From an uncultured delta proteobacterium (GTDB taxonomy: Bacteria > Desulfobacterota > RBG-13-43-22): 64,000 nt of DNA. A program made the translations under genes and the position numbers. Below, one piece after another: positions 39,737-50,375 of the stretch (position 1 is the stretch's first letter; each line of letters opens with the position of its first letter). Location: positions 704,001-768,000 of the forward strand of contig CAWBOS010000012.1 of NCBI GenBank assembly GCA_963790475.1, in the 5' to 3' direction. A model generated the notes under the pieces. It was not told the DNA's origin. It searched no databases and saw only the letters and a list, made by a program, of their open reading frames with translations.

Positions 39737-40993
39737 ATGACAACTCAAGTCGTGATGCCCAAATTGGCCATGGCCATGAGTCAGGGGAAAATCGTTGAAT
39801 GGAAGGTTAAGGAAGGAGACCGTGTTGAAAAGGGTCAGGTCATCATGGTTATCGAGACGGAAAAGGTGACCTATGACATCGAGGCCTCGGTATCGGGGTA
39901 CTTCCACATTGTGACCAGGCTTGATGAAACCGTGCCGGTTAACCATGTCGTGGCCTGGATTGCCACCTCGGAAGAAGAACTGATCTCTCTTCAGGCTGAA
40001 TCTCCAGCACCGGCGGCAGGTGAGGAGAAATCTGGGCCAGTCGAAAAGGCTCCTACCTCCCAGCCACCGATTCAGCACCCTCCGGAAGGCAGGGTTAAAA
40101 TTTCCCCGGCCGCGAAAAAGATTGCCGAGGATCACAGTATTAATTGGAGCGTATTGATCGGAACCGGGCCGGGGGGACGTATTGTCAGAGAAGATATCGA
40201 AAAGGCCATCGAAGCCGCCAGAAAAGAACCGGCCGCGGTACCTGCCGAATGGGGCGGAGAAGTGATTGACGGCAAAAGGGTCAAACAGGCCCTTCCTTTA
40301 AAGGGTATGCGGGCGGCGATCGCCGAACACATGATTCGGAGCCTCCATACTGCGGCCCAACTGACCACGACCTGTGATATAGATATGTCGGAACTGATTC
40401 GCATCCGCAATTCATTTATGGCCAAAGAAGAAGAGATCGGGGTGAGGATTTCTTTTACCGATCTGCTGGTTTTCATCCTGTCCAGGGTTTTGAAAGAGCA
40501 GCCTCGGATGAACTCAAGCCTGATCGATAACCGGGTCATTTTATGGGAGGATATAAACATTGGCGTGGCCGTGGCGGTTGAACTGAGTGAGATGGAAACC
40601 GGATTGATCGTGCCCGTGACCCGCAATACGGACCAAAAATCCCTGCTGACTATTAGTAGAGAGATCAAGGCCCTGACCAAAAGGGCCAGGGCCATGCAGC
40701 TTCTTCCGGATGATTTGGGAGGAGGGACCTTTACCATCACCAATTTCGGAGTCTTCGGTGTCGGCTATTCGATCACAACCCCCGTCATCAATCAGCCCGA
40801 AGCGGCGATCCTCGGAACCGGGGCGGTAGTAGACCGGGCGGTGGTCAGGGAGGGCCAGATTGTCGTCCGTCCAATCATGCCCTTAAGCCTCACTTTTGAC
40901 CATCGACTTTTGGACGGTGCGCCCATCGGCAAATTTTTTAAACGGCTCCAGGAACTGCTGGAAAACCCGAATCTTTTGCTATTAGGAGAATAA
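39737..40993 (+). CDS. Dihydrolipoamide acyltransferase E2
   Basis: Lipoyl domain ETEKV, E3-binding GTGPGGRI, GGTFTITN, FDHRLLDG. Confidence 0.92.
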   Translation: MTTQVVMPKLAMAMSQGKIVEWKVKEGDRVEKGQVIMVIETEKVTYDIEASVSGYFHIVTRLDETVPVNHVVAWIATSEEELISLQAESPAPAAGEEKSGPVEKAPTSQPPIQHPPEGRVKISPAAKKIAEDHSINWSVLIGTGPGGRIVREDIEKAIEAARKEPAAVPAEWGGEVIDGKRVKQALPLKGMRAAIAEHMIRSLHTAAQLTTTCDIDMSELIRIRNSFMAKEEEIGVRISFTDLLVFILSRVLKEQPRMNSSLIDNRVILWEDINIGVAVAVELSEMETGLIVPVTRNTDQKSLLTISREIKALTKRARAMQLLPDDLGGGTFTITNFGVFGVGYSITTPVINQPEAAILGTGAVVDRAVVREGQIVVRPIMPLSLTFDHRLLDGAPIGKFFKRLQELLENPNLLLLGE

Positions 40994-40994
40994 C

Positions 40995-42356
40995 ATGTAC
41001 GATGTCCTGATTCTCGGCGGCGGCCCCGGCGGATATGCCGCCGCCATCCGCGCTTCTCAGTTGAAGGGGAAGGTCGCTTTGGTGGAAAGCACAGGACTTG
41101 GCGGAACCTGTGTGAACAGGGGTTGCATCCCCAGCAAGGTATGGTTGCGCTCAGCCTATCTCAAATACTGGATTGAGCATTCCGAAGAATTCGGCCTCAT
41201 GACTACTCTACAGGGTTGGGACCTGGGAGCCATCGTCCAAAGGAAAAATGGAGTTGCTCACGACATCAGGGAAGGCATGAGAGCGCTCCTCAAGAAAAAC
41301 GGTGTTGATCTGGTCAGCGGACAGGGCATTTTGAAGAATACCAAGGTGGTTTCCGTCGACGGGAAATCCTATGAGTCTAAAAAGATCATCATCGCCACCG
41401 GGAGTTCTCCTGCCGTCCCTAATGTTCCGGGGCTCGTCGACCTGGCTTTGACCGCGGAGCAGGTATTCGATCTTGAGGAGCTGCCGGCGTCGGTTTTGAT
41501 TCTGGGCGGTGGCCCGATAGAGGTGGAAACGGCTGCCATTTTCGCCGCCTTCGGCACCAAAACCACCTTGGCTGTCCCGGAGCGACGAATCCTACCCAAG
41601 GAAGACAACGGAACGAGCCAGCGTTTGACCCAGGTTTTGAAAGACCAGGGTATTGAAATCATCAGGGGCATTGTGGCGGATGAAATCCTTAAATCCGAAG
41701 GTGAGGCCAGTGCCAGGTTCGGTGAGAAATGGGTGAAGGCGGCCCGAATTGTTGTCGGTGGACGTAAACCCAGCACCGCGGGGTTGGGTTTGGAAAGCCA
41801 GGGTCTTAAACTGAACGACGATGGGTCCGTCAAAGTGAATGATAAACTTGAAACATCTATACCTGGGGTCTATGCCATCGGGGACGTTACCGGTGGTTGG
41901 ATGCTCAGCCATGCGGCCAGCACCATGGGGGTGATTGCCGCCGAAAACGCTATGGGTGGTGAGGCCATCTTTCGTTCTCATCTCGTGCCGCGGGGGCTGT
42001 GGACCAACCCGGAGATGGCCGCTGTGGGAATCAGCGAGGAAGAGGCTGGAAAGCAGGGGCTCGACATCAACGTCGGTTATTTCCCTTATCCGGTCAATGG
42101 GATGGCCATGTTGAGTGGACAGGCCGACGGCGCCGTCAAGATCATTTCCGAGGCCCAATATGGGCAAATATTGGGTGTACACATTGTAGGGGCCGGCGCA
42201 ACCGAGCTCATCGGCGAGGCGGTCATGGCCCTGCAGTTGGAATGCACCGTGGACGAACTGGCCCATTCCATCCGAATGCATCCCACCTTTTCAGAATGCC
42301 TGATGGATGCGGCCCGGGATGCGGCCTCCTGGGCGCTATATTTGCCGCCTCGCTAA
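40995..42356 (+). CDS. lpdA: Dihydrolipoamide dehydrogenase E3
   Basis: GGGPGGY, GGTCVNRGCIP, YAIGDV, HPTFSE. Confidence 0.9.
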   Translation: MYDVLILGGGPGGYAAAIRASQLKGKVALVESTGLGGTCVNRGCIPSKVWLRSAYLKYWIEHSEEFGLMTTLQGWDLGAIVQRKNGVAHDIREGMRALLKKNGVDLVSGQGILKNTKVVSVDGKSYESKKIIIATGSSPAVPNVPGLVDLALTAEQVFDLEELPASVLILGGGPIEVETAAIFAAFGTKTTLAVPERRILPKEDNGTSQRLTQVLKDQGIEIIRGIVADEILKSEGEASARFGEKWVKAARIVVGGRKPSTAGLGLESQGLKLNDDGSVKVNDKLETSIPGVYAIGDVTGGWMLSHAASTMGVIAAENAMGGEAIFRSHLVPRGLWTNPEMAAVGISEEEAGKQGLDINVGYFPYPVNGMAMLSGQADGAVKIISEAQYGQILGVHIVGAGATELIGEAVMALQLECTVDELAHSIRMHPTFSECLMDAARDAASWALYLPPR

Positions 42357-42671
42357 ATCTGACCAGTTCGCGAGAATCTCATCTTTTTTCACCAAGGCGA
42401 AAACCGGAGTCCGGGAGTAGAATTCAAGTGGTTCTATTCCGCCGGAGAAGGGACCGGGACTTATCAGGCCTCGGCCGGTTGTTGGAACTTATTACGGGTC
42501 CATCCGTTGAAAATTTGTATAAAGACAAGTTAGATTCATTTTCAGAATATCAGAGCAAGAGAGGATTTCGATGAGGACACAAGCTTCACCTTTCGGGATC
42601 CTTTCCTAAAAGAATTATCCCTATGGGGAGCCTGATCACGGTGTCAACCGTTCAAAGCGCGATTTGTTTCC

Positions 42672-42965
42672 TTAAGGCTCGTGAAAAATAGGGGGGCCTA
42701 ATTCCTTTAAAGAGAAATTATTCAGGATACGATGACCGTCATAATCTAATACCCGGAAATCATCCTGCTGATGAAGGTCGCCCATAACTACATTAAAATG
42801 GTTGCCATACTTTTCTTTGACCTGGCCTTCCGACACTTCGTAGGCAATGAACTTTTTGAATCCCTTGGTGTCCAATTTCTGGATGAATTGCGGATTGGTT
42901 AAAGAATCGTACGAAGTCAGGATAATAATGGGACCCGTTCCGGTAAAAAAAATTCCAGCTTTCAT
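42672..42965 (-). CDS. Conserved-looking hypothetical cytosolic protein
   Basis: AAAGGAGG RBS; 97-aa ORF with globular composition. Confidence 0.7.
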   Translation of the reverse strand: MKAGIFFTGTGPIIILTSYDSLTNPQFIQKLDTKGFKKFIAYEVSEGQVKEKYGNHFNVVMGDLHQQDDFRVLDYDGHRILNNFSLKELGPPIFHEP

Positions 42966-43198
42966 GTACGTCCTCCTTTCAGCTAATGACGCAAGGTTCC
43001 AAGGTTCGGTTAAATGAAAGTAGCCCCTAGAACATTTTTATATATCCTTATACTACAAAACGGAGAAAAAAGCAATTTGATTGTTATACTTCTGTGCGGA
43101 TAACTAATTAATATTTAATATTAAAAAATGCAATAGTTCAATCCCCGTCTTTTAATGGGTGATCCTTAACTATCTAACTTTATAAGGGAGGGTGGATA

Positions 43199-44248
43199 AT
43201 GGAAACTGGAAATGAGGTGCAGCCGGTTGTGGATGTCAAGGGTAAGGTGATAATTCAAATCGGCTTCGTGGTCCGTGATGCGGTGAAAATGGCCAAACGG
43301 TATTCAGAAATCTTTGGTGTCGGCCCCTGGAACTTCATAGAAGGCAAGGCCAGGGATTTCATCTTGCATGGTAAAACCCTGAGGAATTCAGACTGTGGTC
43401 TCCGGATAGCCCTGGCTGATCTGGGCAAGCTGCAGATAGAGCTTATCCAACCGTTATACGGACCGAGCACCCACATGTCATTCTTAAAGGAACAGGGGGA
43501 AGGAATCCACCATGTAAGTTTCGGGGCGGTAGAAGACCACGATCAGATCGTCTCCAGTCTAACCGCCAGAGGCATAGACATCGAGATGCAGGGTCTGATA
43601 GGAGAGGTCCCAACCTTCACCTACCTGGCCACCCAACAGGCGCTGGGTACCATACTGGAAGTGGTCAACCCCAGCTCCCGGCCCACTGGTCCCCTCCGTC
43701 CCTGGGGGACTTATCAACACCCGGGTGAAGGCGCAATCAATATCAGGGGAAAAGAAATCAAGCAACTGGGGATCGTAGTAAGGGATGCAGAAGAAACAGC
43801 CAGAAACTACTGGGAAATTTTAGGAGTCGGCCCCTGGATGCTCCTCGATTTTAAACCACCCCACCTGACGGATGCCACTCTGCACGGCATTACCCTGCAT
43901 GATTATATGAATCTTCATACCAGGGCAGCCATCGCTCACCTGGGGGACCTGCAGATTGAACTGCTGCAGCCGGTTAAGGGACCAAGCACCTATATGGATT
44001 TCTTAAAAACCAGAGGTCAGGGGATTCATCATCTGAGTTTTGCCCAAATAGAAGACCATGATGATATGATCTCAGGATTCAACAGGATGGGCATTGAGAC
44101 AGAATCCTCCGGTCTCCTCGGCGGCGCCATTACCTTTACCTATCTGGCTACCCAAAAGGACCTGGGGACGATCTTTGAAGCCTTGAAAATCGATTCCAGC
44201 AAAAGAAATGCACTGACCGCCTATGGGACCTATCCGCCAGCCGAGTGA
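43199..44248 (+). CDS. VOC/glyoxalase (methylmalonyl-CoA epimerase-like) protein with two tandem domains
   Basis: Internal repeat Q(I/L)GxVVRD...GVGPW...LQIEL(I/L)QP...FLK..GxGIHH(V/L)SF occurs twice. Confidence 0.85.
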   Translation: METGNEVQPVVDVKGKVIIQIGFVVRDAVKMAKRYSEIFGVGPWNFIEGKARDFILHGKTLRNSDCGLRIALADLGKLQIELIQPLYGPSTHMSFLKEQGEGIHHVSFGAVEDHDQIVSSLTARGIDIEMQGLIGEVPTFTYLATQQALGTILEVVNPSSRPTGPLRPWGTYQHPGEGAINIRGKEIKQLGIVVRDAEETARNYWEILGVGPWMLLDFKPPHLTDATLHGITLHDYMNLHTRAAIAHLGDLQIELLQPVKGPSTYMDFLKTRGQGIHHLSFAQIEDHDDMISGFNRMGIETESSGLLGGAITFTYLATQKDLGTIFEALKIDSSKRNALTAYGTYPPAE

Positions 44249-44393
44249 AAGAATGGCAGATGTTTTTATTTACCGGAAGAGTCGCGGATCATCTGCCGAC
44301 CCAGGTCAAGAGGATTGAAATGACGGGTTGGAGATCCACCTATTGAGGGAGACTTTGAAAGGGGCTTGGTATCTTAACAGGAACCAGAACTGT

Positions 44394-46349
44394 TCAAGAA
44401 TGATTTGGGGCCGATAGATCCGTCCGCAACGTAGGCATTCCCGATTCGACCAGCTTTAGTTTGGGTTCTTGCTCGATGACCGCATAGAGCTCGTGTATGA
44501 CGCGGTCGTCGATCTCTGCCGCATTCTGCAGCGCAACCGGAAAGTGTACCGTCACCTCAATCCCTGAGGCGGTGAAGTGAAGACTTGTCTTTGGCATTAC
44601 TTCAATGGCGTGGATTGAACTAAGTGTCTGTTCCATATGGCGCATTTGCCGTTCTATCTCCGGGCGATGGTCCTTTAATGCAGTATCCATCGCGGTTGCG
44701 ATCCGTTCTTGAATCATACGGTAATCGCTCTCGGGCGAAAACTTGAGGCTGACCTCATGCCAGGCGAAGCTGGCACCCGGGATTTGTTTGAAGATACCGG
44801 AGGTGGGCTGAAACACAACGGAGTTCGCAAAAGCCACCACCCGGCCGCTGGGTTGGGCATCCGTTCCGCCGCTCCCGAGTTCGAGCAGATGGAGTCGGAC
44901 GAGTCCTATGTCGACTACTTCTCCGGTTACACCCGAAATCTGCACCCGGTCTCCAACTCGAATTCCGTATTTCCCGATCAGGAAGAAATAGCCGGCGATT
45001 GACAAGATCACGCTCTGCATCGCCACTGCTACTCCGGCGGTGAGGAGACCCGCGAAGGTGGCTACGGATCCCAATTCGGTAGTGAAGGTGAAGGCGATGA
45101 TCGCGCCGACCGCGATCCAGATCATAATTTTCCCCATTAAGATGAATTGATAACGGCGGCGGGTCTCATGTATATAATACAAGATGGCCCTGCGCCAGGC
45201 CTCTCCGGCCGCGAAAACCAGGGCAATGATGATGATCAGAACAGCCAGCCGCACCAGAAAGCTTCGCATCTTATCGCTGTATTCTTTGTGCACAGCGTTA
45301 CGCCAGTTTTCGAGTGTCCGTTTATAAAGATTGAGCAAGATGCCTTGTTTATTGAGCGGCAAAAGCCCGGCTGAGCTCTGCTTGAACTGAGCCGTGAGCG
45401 TATCCAGTTGGTTTTTCTGTTGCGTGAGGGCAACGGGATCCTGGGATGGCGGCTGGCTTGCGAGCTGATCTCCGCTCTGGATAAAACGTCTGAGGTTAGC
45501 CAACAGAGGTTCTCGTAATTTTTTTGCCACTTGCATGAGTTGATCGGTGGATCGGATCTGTTGGTCAAGTGTGTGTTTTTTGCCCGATAACTGCAGCAGG
45601 TCGGCGATGAGCCCCCATATCCCGGAGGGTTGTTGTGGGTTCGTGGATGGGGATGTTCTTCCAGAAATCCTTCCGGTAGCATTTTGCTCGGGAGAAGTGC
45701 CCTCCACAGCGCTCAGGACGTCAGGGACCAGACGCGCCAGCTCTTCGATCTGGGCCCGCAATCCGGCGGCCCCCAGGTCATGAGCGCTGGTTTCCGCGGT
45801 GAACTGAAGGATGTTATGCAGGGCATCGCGACGAGCCTGGCGAAAGGCCAGCTCGCTTTGTGTCTCCGCGATTAGAGACTGCAGAGCAGAGCGCTTTTTC
45901 TGCGGAGCGGTCTCCAGTTGTTTTTGAAGCGATTGCAGTTCGTTTTGCGTGCGCTCAACCTGTTGATCGGCATTGGCTACTGCCTGGATCAATCGTTGAT
46001 TTTGTGAAAGCGTATTCGCCTGATCCGGTGTCTGGTTGGCCTTGGGCTGTTTGGATTCGCTCTGTTCTTCCTGACGTGCGAAGTCAAAGGCCAGCCGCAC
46101 GATCTGTCTGGAAATACGGCGATTATCTTCCTGAAAAGTAACATCGCCCGGCCCGTTGGCAATCTGCTGCTCGACCACCGTTCCCCGATACCAGTTGATC
46201 GTTTCCGTCAAATAGGTAAGGATGTCGGGGGCCCTGGAGGCACTTTCGGGCGGATTTTGTGAGAAAGTCAGACCGCTACCCAGACAGGCGCCGAGAACAG
46301 TTAAGATACTGACGATCCTTCGGACGGTCCGTTGACGCGTGAAAGTCAT
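44394..46349 (-). CDS. MscS-family mechanosensitive channel with a long periplasmic coiled-coil
   Basis: Signal peptide, Gln-rich helices, TMs, IRVGDRVQI..VTGEVVDIG. Confidence 0.85.
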   Translation of the reverse strand: MTFTRQRTVRRIVSILTVLGACLGSGLTFSQNPPESASRAPDILTYLTETINWYRGTVVEQQIANGPGDVTFQEDNRRISRQIVRLAFDFARQEEQSESKQPKANQTPDQANTLSQNQRLIQAVANADQQVERTQNELQSLQKQLETAPQKKRSALQSLIAETQSELAFRQARRDALHNILQFTAETSAHDLGAAGLRAQIEELARLVPDVLSAVEGTSPEQNATGRISGRTSPSTNPQQPSGIWGLIADLLQLSGKKHTLDQQIRSTDQLMQVAKKLREPLLANLRRFIQSGDQLASQPPSQDPVALTQQKNQLDTLTAQFKQSSAGLLPLNKQGILLNLYKRTLENWRNAVHKEYSDKMRSFLVRLAVLIIIIALVFAAGEAWRRAILYYIHETRRRYQFILMGKIMIWIAVGAIIAFTFTTELGSVATFAGLLTAGVAVAMQSVILSIAGYFFLIGKYGIRVGDRVQISGVTGEVVDIGLVRLHLLELGSGGTDAQPSGRVVAFANSVVFQPTSGIFKQIPGASFAWHEVSLKFSPESDYRMIQERIATAMDTALKDHRPEIERQMRHMEQTLSSIHAIEVMPKTSLHFTASGIEVTVHFPVALQNAAEIDDRVIHELYAVIEQEPKLKLVESGMPTLRTDLSAPNHS

Positions 46350-46829
46350 AAAGCACTCGAAGAGTCTTCAAGATTTTGGTTTTTAAGACTTAAGGCAGAG
46401 GGACTACAGGAAGCCCTTAAGAACCTGCCGGTAAAACGCGGGCTTTTTCACCCGAGATTCCCCTTCTCCCAGGGCACCGTAAGACTGCTATCAAATCTTG
46501 TATTTAATTCTATCATAAATTTAAGACCCTTGGGAAGAAATAGGGTGTACTCTGTATTTTCAGGGAAGAAACACATTATTTTATGTTGAAATGTCCTCAG
46601 TAGCGGCGGTGGGAAGAGAGGTCTGTTCAAAATTCGAGTCTTGAAACGGGAATGCTCCCCCTTCCAGCCATTCGAACACCGTCCGGAGATGTGCTCCGGG
46701 CTACCTTCCAACCGATTCCTCCAGCTTTCGCTGCCCACGTAGACGTACAGCCGCCTGAATGCGGGATTCGGGTTGGTTGTCGGCTGGTGAGACTTGAGTG
46801 TGGGGGAGCTAACAGGCGCGGCCTGGCCG

Positions 46830-47454
46830 AGCGTACCCGTTGGGAGCTAATTTCGATGGGTCCGGGACGAACTTCTCATTATTCTCGGAGAAGGCAACGG
46901 CCGTGGAGCTGATCCTGTTTAAAAACAGGGAGGATCACCTGCCAGCCAAGGTCATACCGTTCACGGCGCGTCACGGGTATAGCTGGCACGTCTATCTGCC
47001 CGGAGTCGGTCCCCGGCAGCTTTATGCCTTCAGGGTACACGGCCCGTTTGAGCCTGAGAAGGGTTTCCGTTTCAACGGCGCCAAAACGCTCATCGATCCC
47101 TATGCCAGGGCCATAGTGTCTCCCGATCTTGCAAGAGAATTCTGGCAGAAGCGTACCAAAGTATCGAACTTTTTAAAACACGCGGATCGTGACGCAAAAT
47201 TTCACATCTCACTTGAAGAAGTAGATACTGTAGACCTATTGATACTGGCGCTTGGCTCATACGATGATCTCTTGAAGGATGACCTTGGGGCCGAAGGAAT
47301 CGTTTTTTGGCTTTACTATTGTGTTGATTCGGGAATAAAAGAAGTATTGCCCCCAAAGCTTCAAGCTATTGCAGCAGAACTGAAAGAACTTGATTGTGAA
47401 GGCAGGCTTAATTTGTGTTCAAAACTATTACACAAGGTGAATGAAAGGGCCTGA
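46830..47454 (+). pseudogene. glgX: Glycogen debranching enzyme N-terminal (CBM48) fragment fused in frame to an unrelated fragment
   Basis: YPLGANFDGSGTNFSLFSE...YAFRVHGP...IDPYARAI, then an abrupt switch at about 47116 to AT-richer NFLKHADRD-containing sequence. No catalytic domain. Confidence 0.7.
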
Positions 47455-47559
47455 TCCATTTCGCAGCATAATTCATATCATTTGAGATACGGAATGATGC
47501 CACGGCTTGCAGCGGATCGCATACCGCTCCCGCTGAAGCCTATATTAGAGCCGTCGGTG

Positions 47560-48264
47560 TTATCTACTGCGCTCTTCCTTCCAGGGATCGGCTGAATTGC
47601 TGTAACCATTACTCTCCCAGTATCCCGGCTCATCTTTGGCTGTAAATTTAATTTCTTCCAGCCACTTGGCGCTTTTGTAAAAGTAGCGGTCGGGTACAAG
47701 TGACCGCACAGGGCCTCCGTCCTCCTTCGGAATCTTCTGACCAAAGAAACTATGGGCGAGAATAACATTTTCCTTGCCTGCCTCTGTTATGGGGATGTTG
47801 GTGGTATAACCGGCGGCGGCCTTAAAGATAACAAAATTGGCCTCTTTCCTTAGTTTAGCCAGATGCATTATGGTGCTCAGGCGGACCCCGCTCCACCGGG
47901 AATCCAACAGAGTCCAGCCCGTAACGCAATGCACATCACAGGTTAATTGAACCTGCTCAAGTGCCAGCAGATCCTTGTAAGAAAGGACTAGTGATTTTTC
48001 CACCTCACCTTTCACCTGGAGCGTAAAGTTGTCCGCCGTGGCCGTTCCGGGACTACCGCCCATATTAAGAATCTTTTTTATCGCATCCTGACCCGGGGGG
48101 ATACGCAGCTTGCCGTCTGGCCTGGTTTGGGCGGCAAGGGCCTGTTGTTCAAAATCAAAGAGTTTCACAAAAGTCCCCGGCAGACCAATACTGACCATCG
48201 TGTCGCCTGCTGCTGCCAGGAAGGTGCGTCGGGAGATATGGGTGTTTTTTCTCATGGCTCTCAT
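47560..48264 (-). CDS. Molybdopterin-dependent oxidoreductase (sulfite oxidase/YuiH-like) with an SRRTFL motif
   Basis: PPGQ, DVHCVTGW, GGPVR, YFYKSAKW, GYWE..GY...DPW.EER. Confidence 0.88.
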   Translation of the reverse strand: MRAMRKNTHISRRTFLAAAGDTMVSIGLPGTFVKLFDFEQQALAAQTRPDGKLRIPPGQDAIKKILNMGGSPGTATADNFTLQVKGEVEKSLVLSYKDLLALEQVQLTCDVHCVTGWTLLDSRWSGVRLSTIMHLAKLRKEANFVIFKAAAGYTTNIPITEAGKENVILAHSFFGQKIPKEDGGPVRSLVPDRYFYKSAKWLEEIKFTAKDEPGYWESNGYSNSADPWKEERSR

Positions 48265-48354
48265 TCCTAACCTTTATTTGTATTCAATCTAATTACTCCA
48301 GCCAGGCTTTTCAAGATGGGAAGGTAGGCTTCTATGGGAGTAAATGAGACGAGG

Positions 48355-48421
48355 GCATGGTTACAGGGGATGAGGTGATCCCGATTTTCCTTTTGACGAA
48401 GTCCTCGGGAACCGTTACTAT
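48355..48421 (+). promoter_or_regulatory. Repeated promoter module, copy 3, upstream of the MFS gene
   Basis: TTGACG (48393-48398)-17 nt-TACTAT (48416-48421), with spacer GAACCGT as in copy 2. Confidence 0.55.
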
Positions 48422-48516
48422 TGAAAACGTACTATTGAATCCAGCCGATAGGGGGATTCCCCCCTACAATAACTCGAGGTCTGGGGTCACGTCCAAGTCA
48501 TTCAAGGGAGAAAAAA

Positions 48517-49698
48517 TTGAACAAAGAAGAAAAGCGCATCATCACCTTGACCACAGCCTCTCATGCCCTGGTCCATCTTTTCGAAGGTGTCCTCCCCCCC
48601 TTGATCCCTCTGCTCATGCTGGAGTTCGGCACTGATTATTTCCATATGGGGCTGGTGGTGACGGTATTCTCTTATGCCTTCGGTATCGGCTCGTTACCGG
48701 CCGGCTATCTGGCGGATAAAATCGGTCCCAGACGTTTAATCACGCTCTTCCTTTTCGGGGCAGGTATCCTGGCCATGGGAGTTTGGTCGATGAATTCCCT
48801 GGTCAACTATGGCCTTCTCATGGGGGGAATCGGTTTTTTTTGCAGCACCTATCACCCGGCCTCGAACACCCTCATCTCCCTGGGCATCCGGGAGAAAGGG
48901 AGGGCCTTCGGCATCCATGGAATTGCCGGAAGTTTGGGGGTCGCCGCGGTCCCGGTGCTCTCCGCCTGGATCGGGTCCGCCTTGGGTTGGAGGATGCCCC
49001 ATGTCCTGTATGGGATTTTCGGAATTCTTGTCGGGTTCTATTCTCTTACCATTCCCACTCGACCGGAAGTCAGGCAAGAGGGAGCCGCTCCATTGGAAAG
49101 CGACGCCTCCTTGATCTTTTCCTATTTTAATCTAATCATCTTTTTTCTCTCGGCCATGGCCCTGGGGTTGACTTACAAAGGCATCATGACCTTCCTTCCG
49201 GCCTATATGGGAGAAAGTATTCATTTCGGGGGACTCCAACTGGGCAAGGTGGCCCTGGGGGGGACAGTAGCCACCATCGCCCTCCTGTCCGGTGCCCTGG
49301 GCCAATATGTTGCCGGACGAGGTGTGGATCGTTTTCAGGCCGAACGGCTCTATCTCGGGGCGATCCTCCTGGGAACGGTCTTTGTAATTCTGATGGCTGT
49401 TTCCGAAAACCTGATCTTGGTATTGTCAGCCGTTATGTACGCATTTTTCTATTTTGCCACCCAGCCCATCCAGAATTACCTGTTGTCAACCTACCTCCCA
49501 AAGAACCGGCATGGCCTGGGATATGGCATTCATTTTTGCATCACTTTCGGGATCGGATCGACCGCGGCTGCGGCCTCCGGCTATCTCGCGGATCACTATG
49601 GGCTGCGTTCGGTCTTTTATGCCATGGCCGTTTGTTTCCTTTTTTCCGCTGCTATGGCCTTCGCCCTGTTTATCCGGGTGAATAGAAGGCAGCATTAG
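48517..49698 (+). CDS. MFS transporter
   Basis: GYLADKIGPRR motif A, YHPA; about 12 TMs. Confidence 0.88.
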   Translation: MNKEEKRIITLTTASHALVHLFEGVLPPLIPLLMLEFGTDYFHMGLVVTVFSYAFGIGSLPAGYLADKIGPRRLITLFLFGAGILAMGVWSMNSLVNYGLLMGGIGFFCSTYHPASNTLISLGIREKGRAFGIHGIAGSLGVAAVPVLSAWIGSALGWRMPHVLYGIFGILVGFYSLTIPTRPEVRQEGAAPLESDASLIFSYFNLIIFFLSAMALGLTYKGIMTFLPAYMGESIHFGGLQLGKVALGGTVATIALLSGALGQYVAGRGVDRFQAERLYLGAILLGTVFVILMAVSENLILVLSAVMYAFFYFATQPIQNYLLSTYLPKNRHGLGYGIHFCITFGIGSTAAAASGYLADHYGLRSVFYAMAVCFLFSAAMAFALFIRVNRRQH

Positions 49699-49732
49699 AT
49701 AGGAAAATCACAATGAAAAATAGGAGAGGGTT

Positions 49733-50272
49733 ATGAAAATGGGAATAGGACTGTTCATTGGAGTTTTAATTATTCTCCTGGGCTTGGGAATCATCGTCAA
49801 TGTCATTTTCCACATTCACATTCCGATATTTAAAATTCTTTTCGGATTGGTTCTCATATTCATAGGCCTGAAAATCATCTTTGGCAGTTGGATTTCTTTC
49901 CCCTCTGGTCAGGGGAAATCGGGCAATGCGATATTTCAAGAAGGGACTTACCGAGGCCTTCCCCGAGATTCAAAAGAGTATAATGCCGTATTCGGGAAGG
50001 CAGTGGTTGATCTGCGAGGTATTGAACTTAAGGATAAAATTACTCGAATAAAGATCAGTGCCGTTTTTGGCGGCGCGGAGGTCCTTTTAAGTGAAGCAAC
50101 ACCGGTGCGCATTAAGGCCGATGCGGTTTTTGGCGGTGTCCATTTACCGGAGAATATCTCCGGTGGGTTTGGAACCTCCACCTATCAGAGCAAAAAATTC
50201 GATGAAAGCCAGAATTATTTGGTTATTGAAGGGACCAGTGTGTTTGGCGGGATTGTGATCCGTTATCAATAA
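49733..50272 (+). CDS. LiaF/DUF2154-like membrane protein
   Basis: Two N-terminal TMs; repeated AVFG/VFGG beta-strands. Confidence 0.75.
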   Translation: MKMGIGLFIGVLIILLGLGIIVNVIFHIHIPIFKILFGLVLIFIGLKIIFGSWISFPSGQGKSGNAIFQEGTYRGLPRDSKEYNAVFGKAVVDLRGIELKDKITRIKISAVFGGAEVLLSEATPVRIKADAVFGGVHLPENISGGFGTSTYQSKKFDESQNYLVIEGTSVFGGIVIRYQ

Positions 50273-50375
50273 AACCTGACAGAAAGGAACCGGGTTAACC
50301 GTTTTTATCTACCGATTTTATTTTTGGCAACGGGGAGTTTTTTAAATCATTCTTGGCCAGGATTAACCGGCCTTA

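Noticed and set aside
47920-47940. Sec in the molybdo-oxidoreductase or in the Hox subunits
   Set aside because: The relevant ligand codons are ordinary Cys codons (for example HC = CAT TGC).
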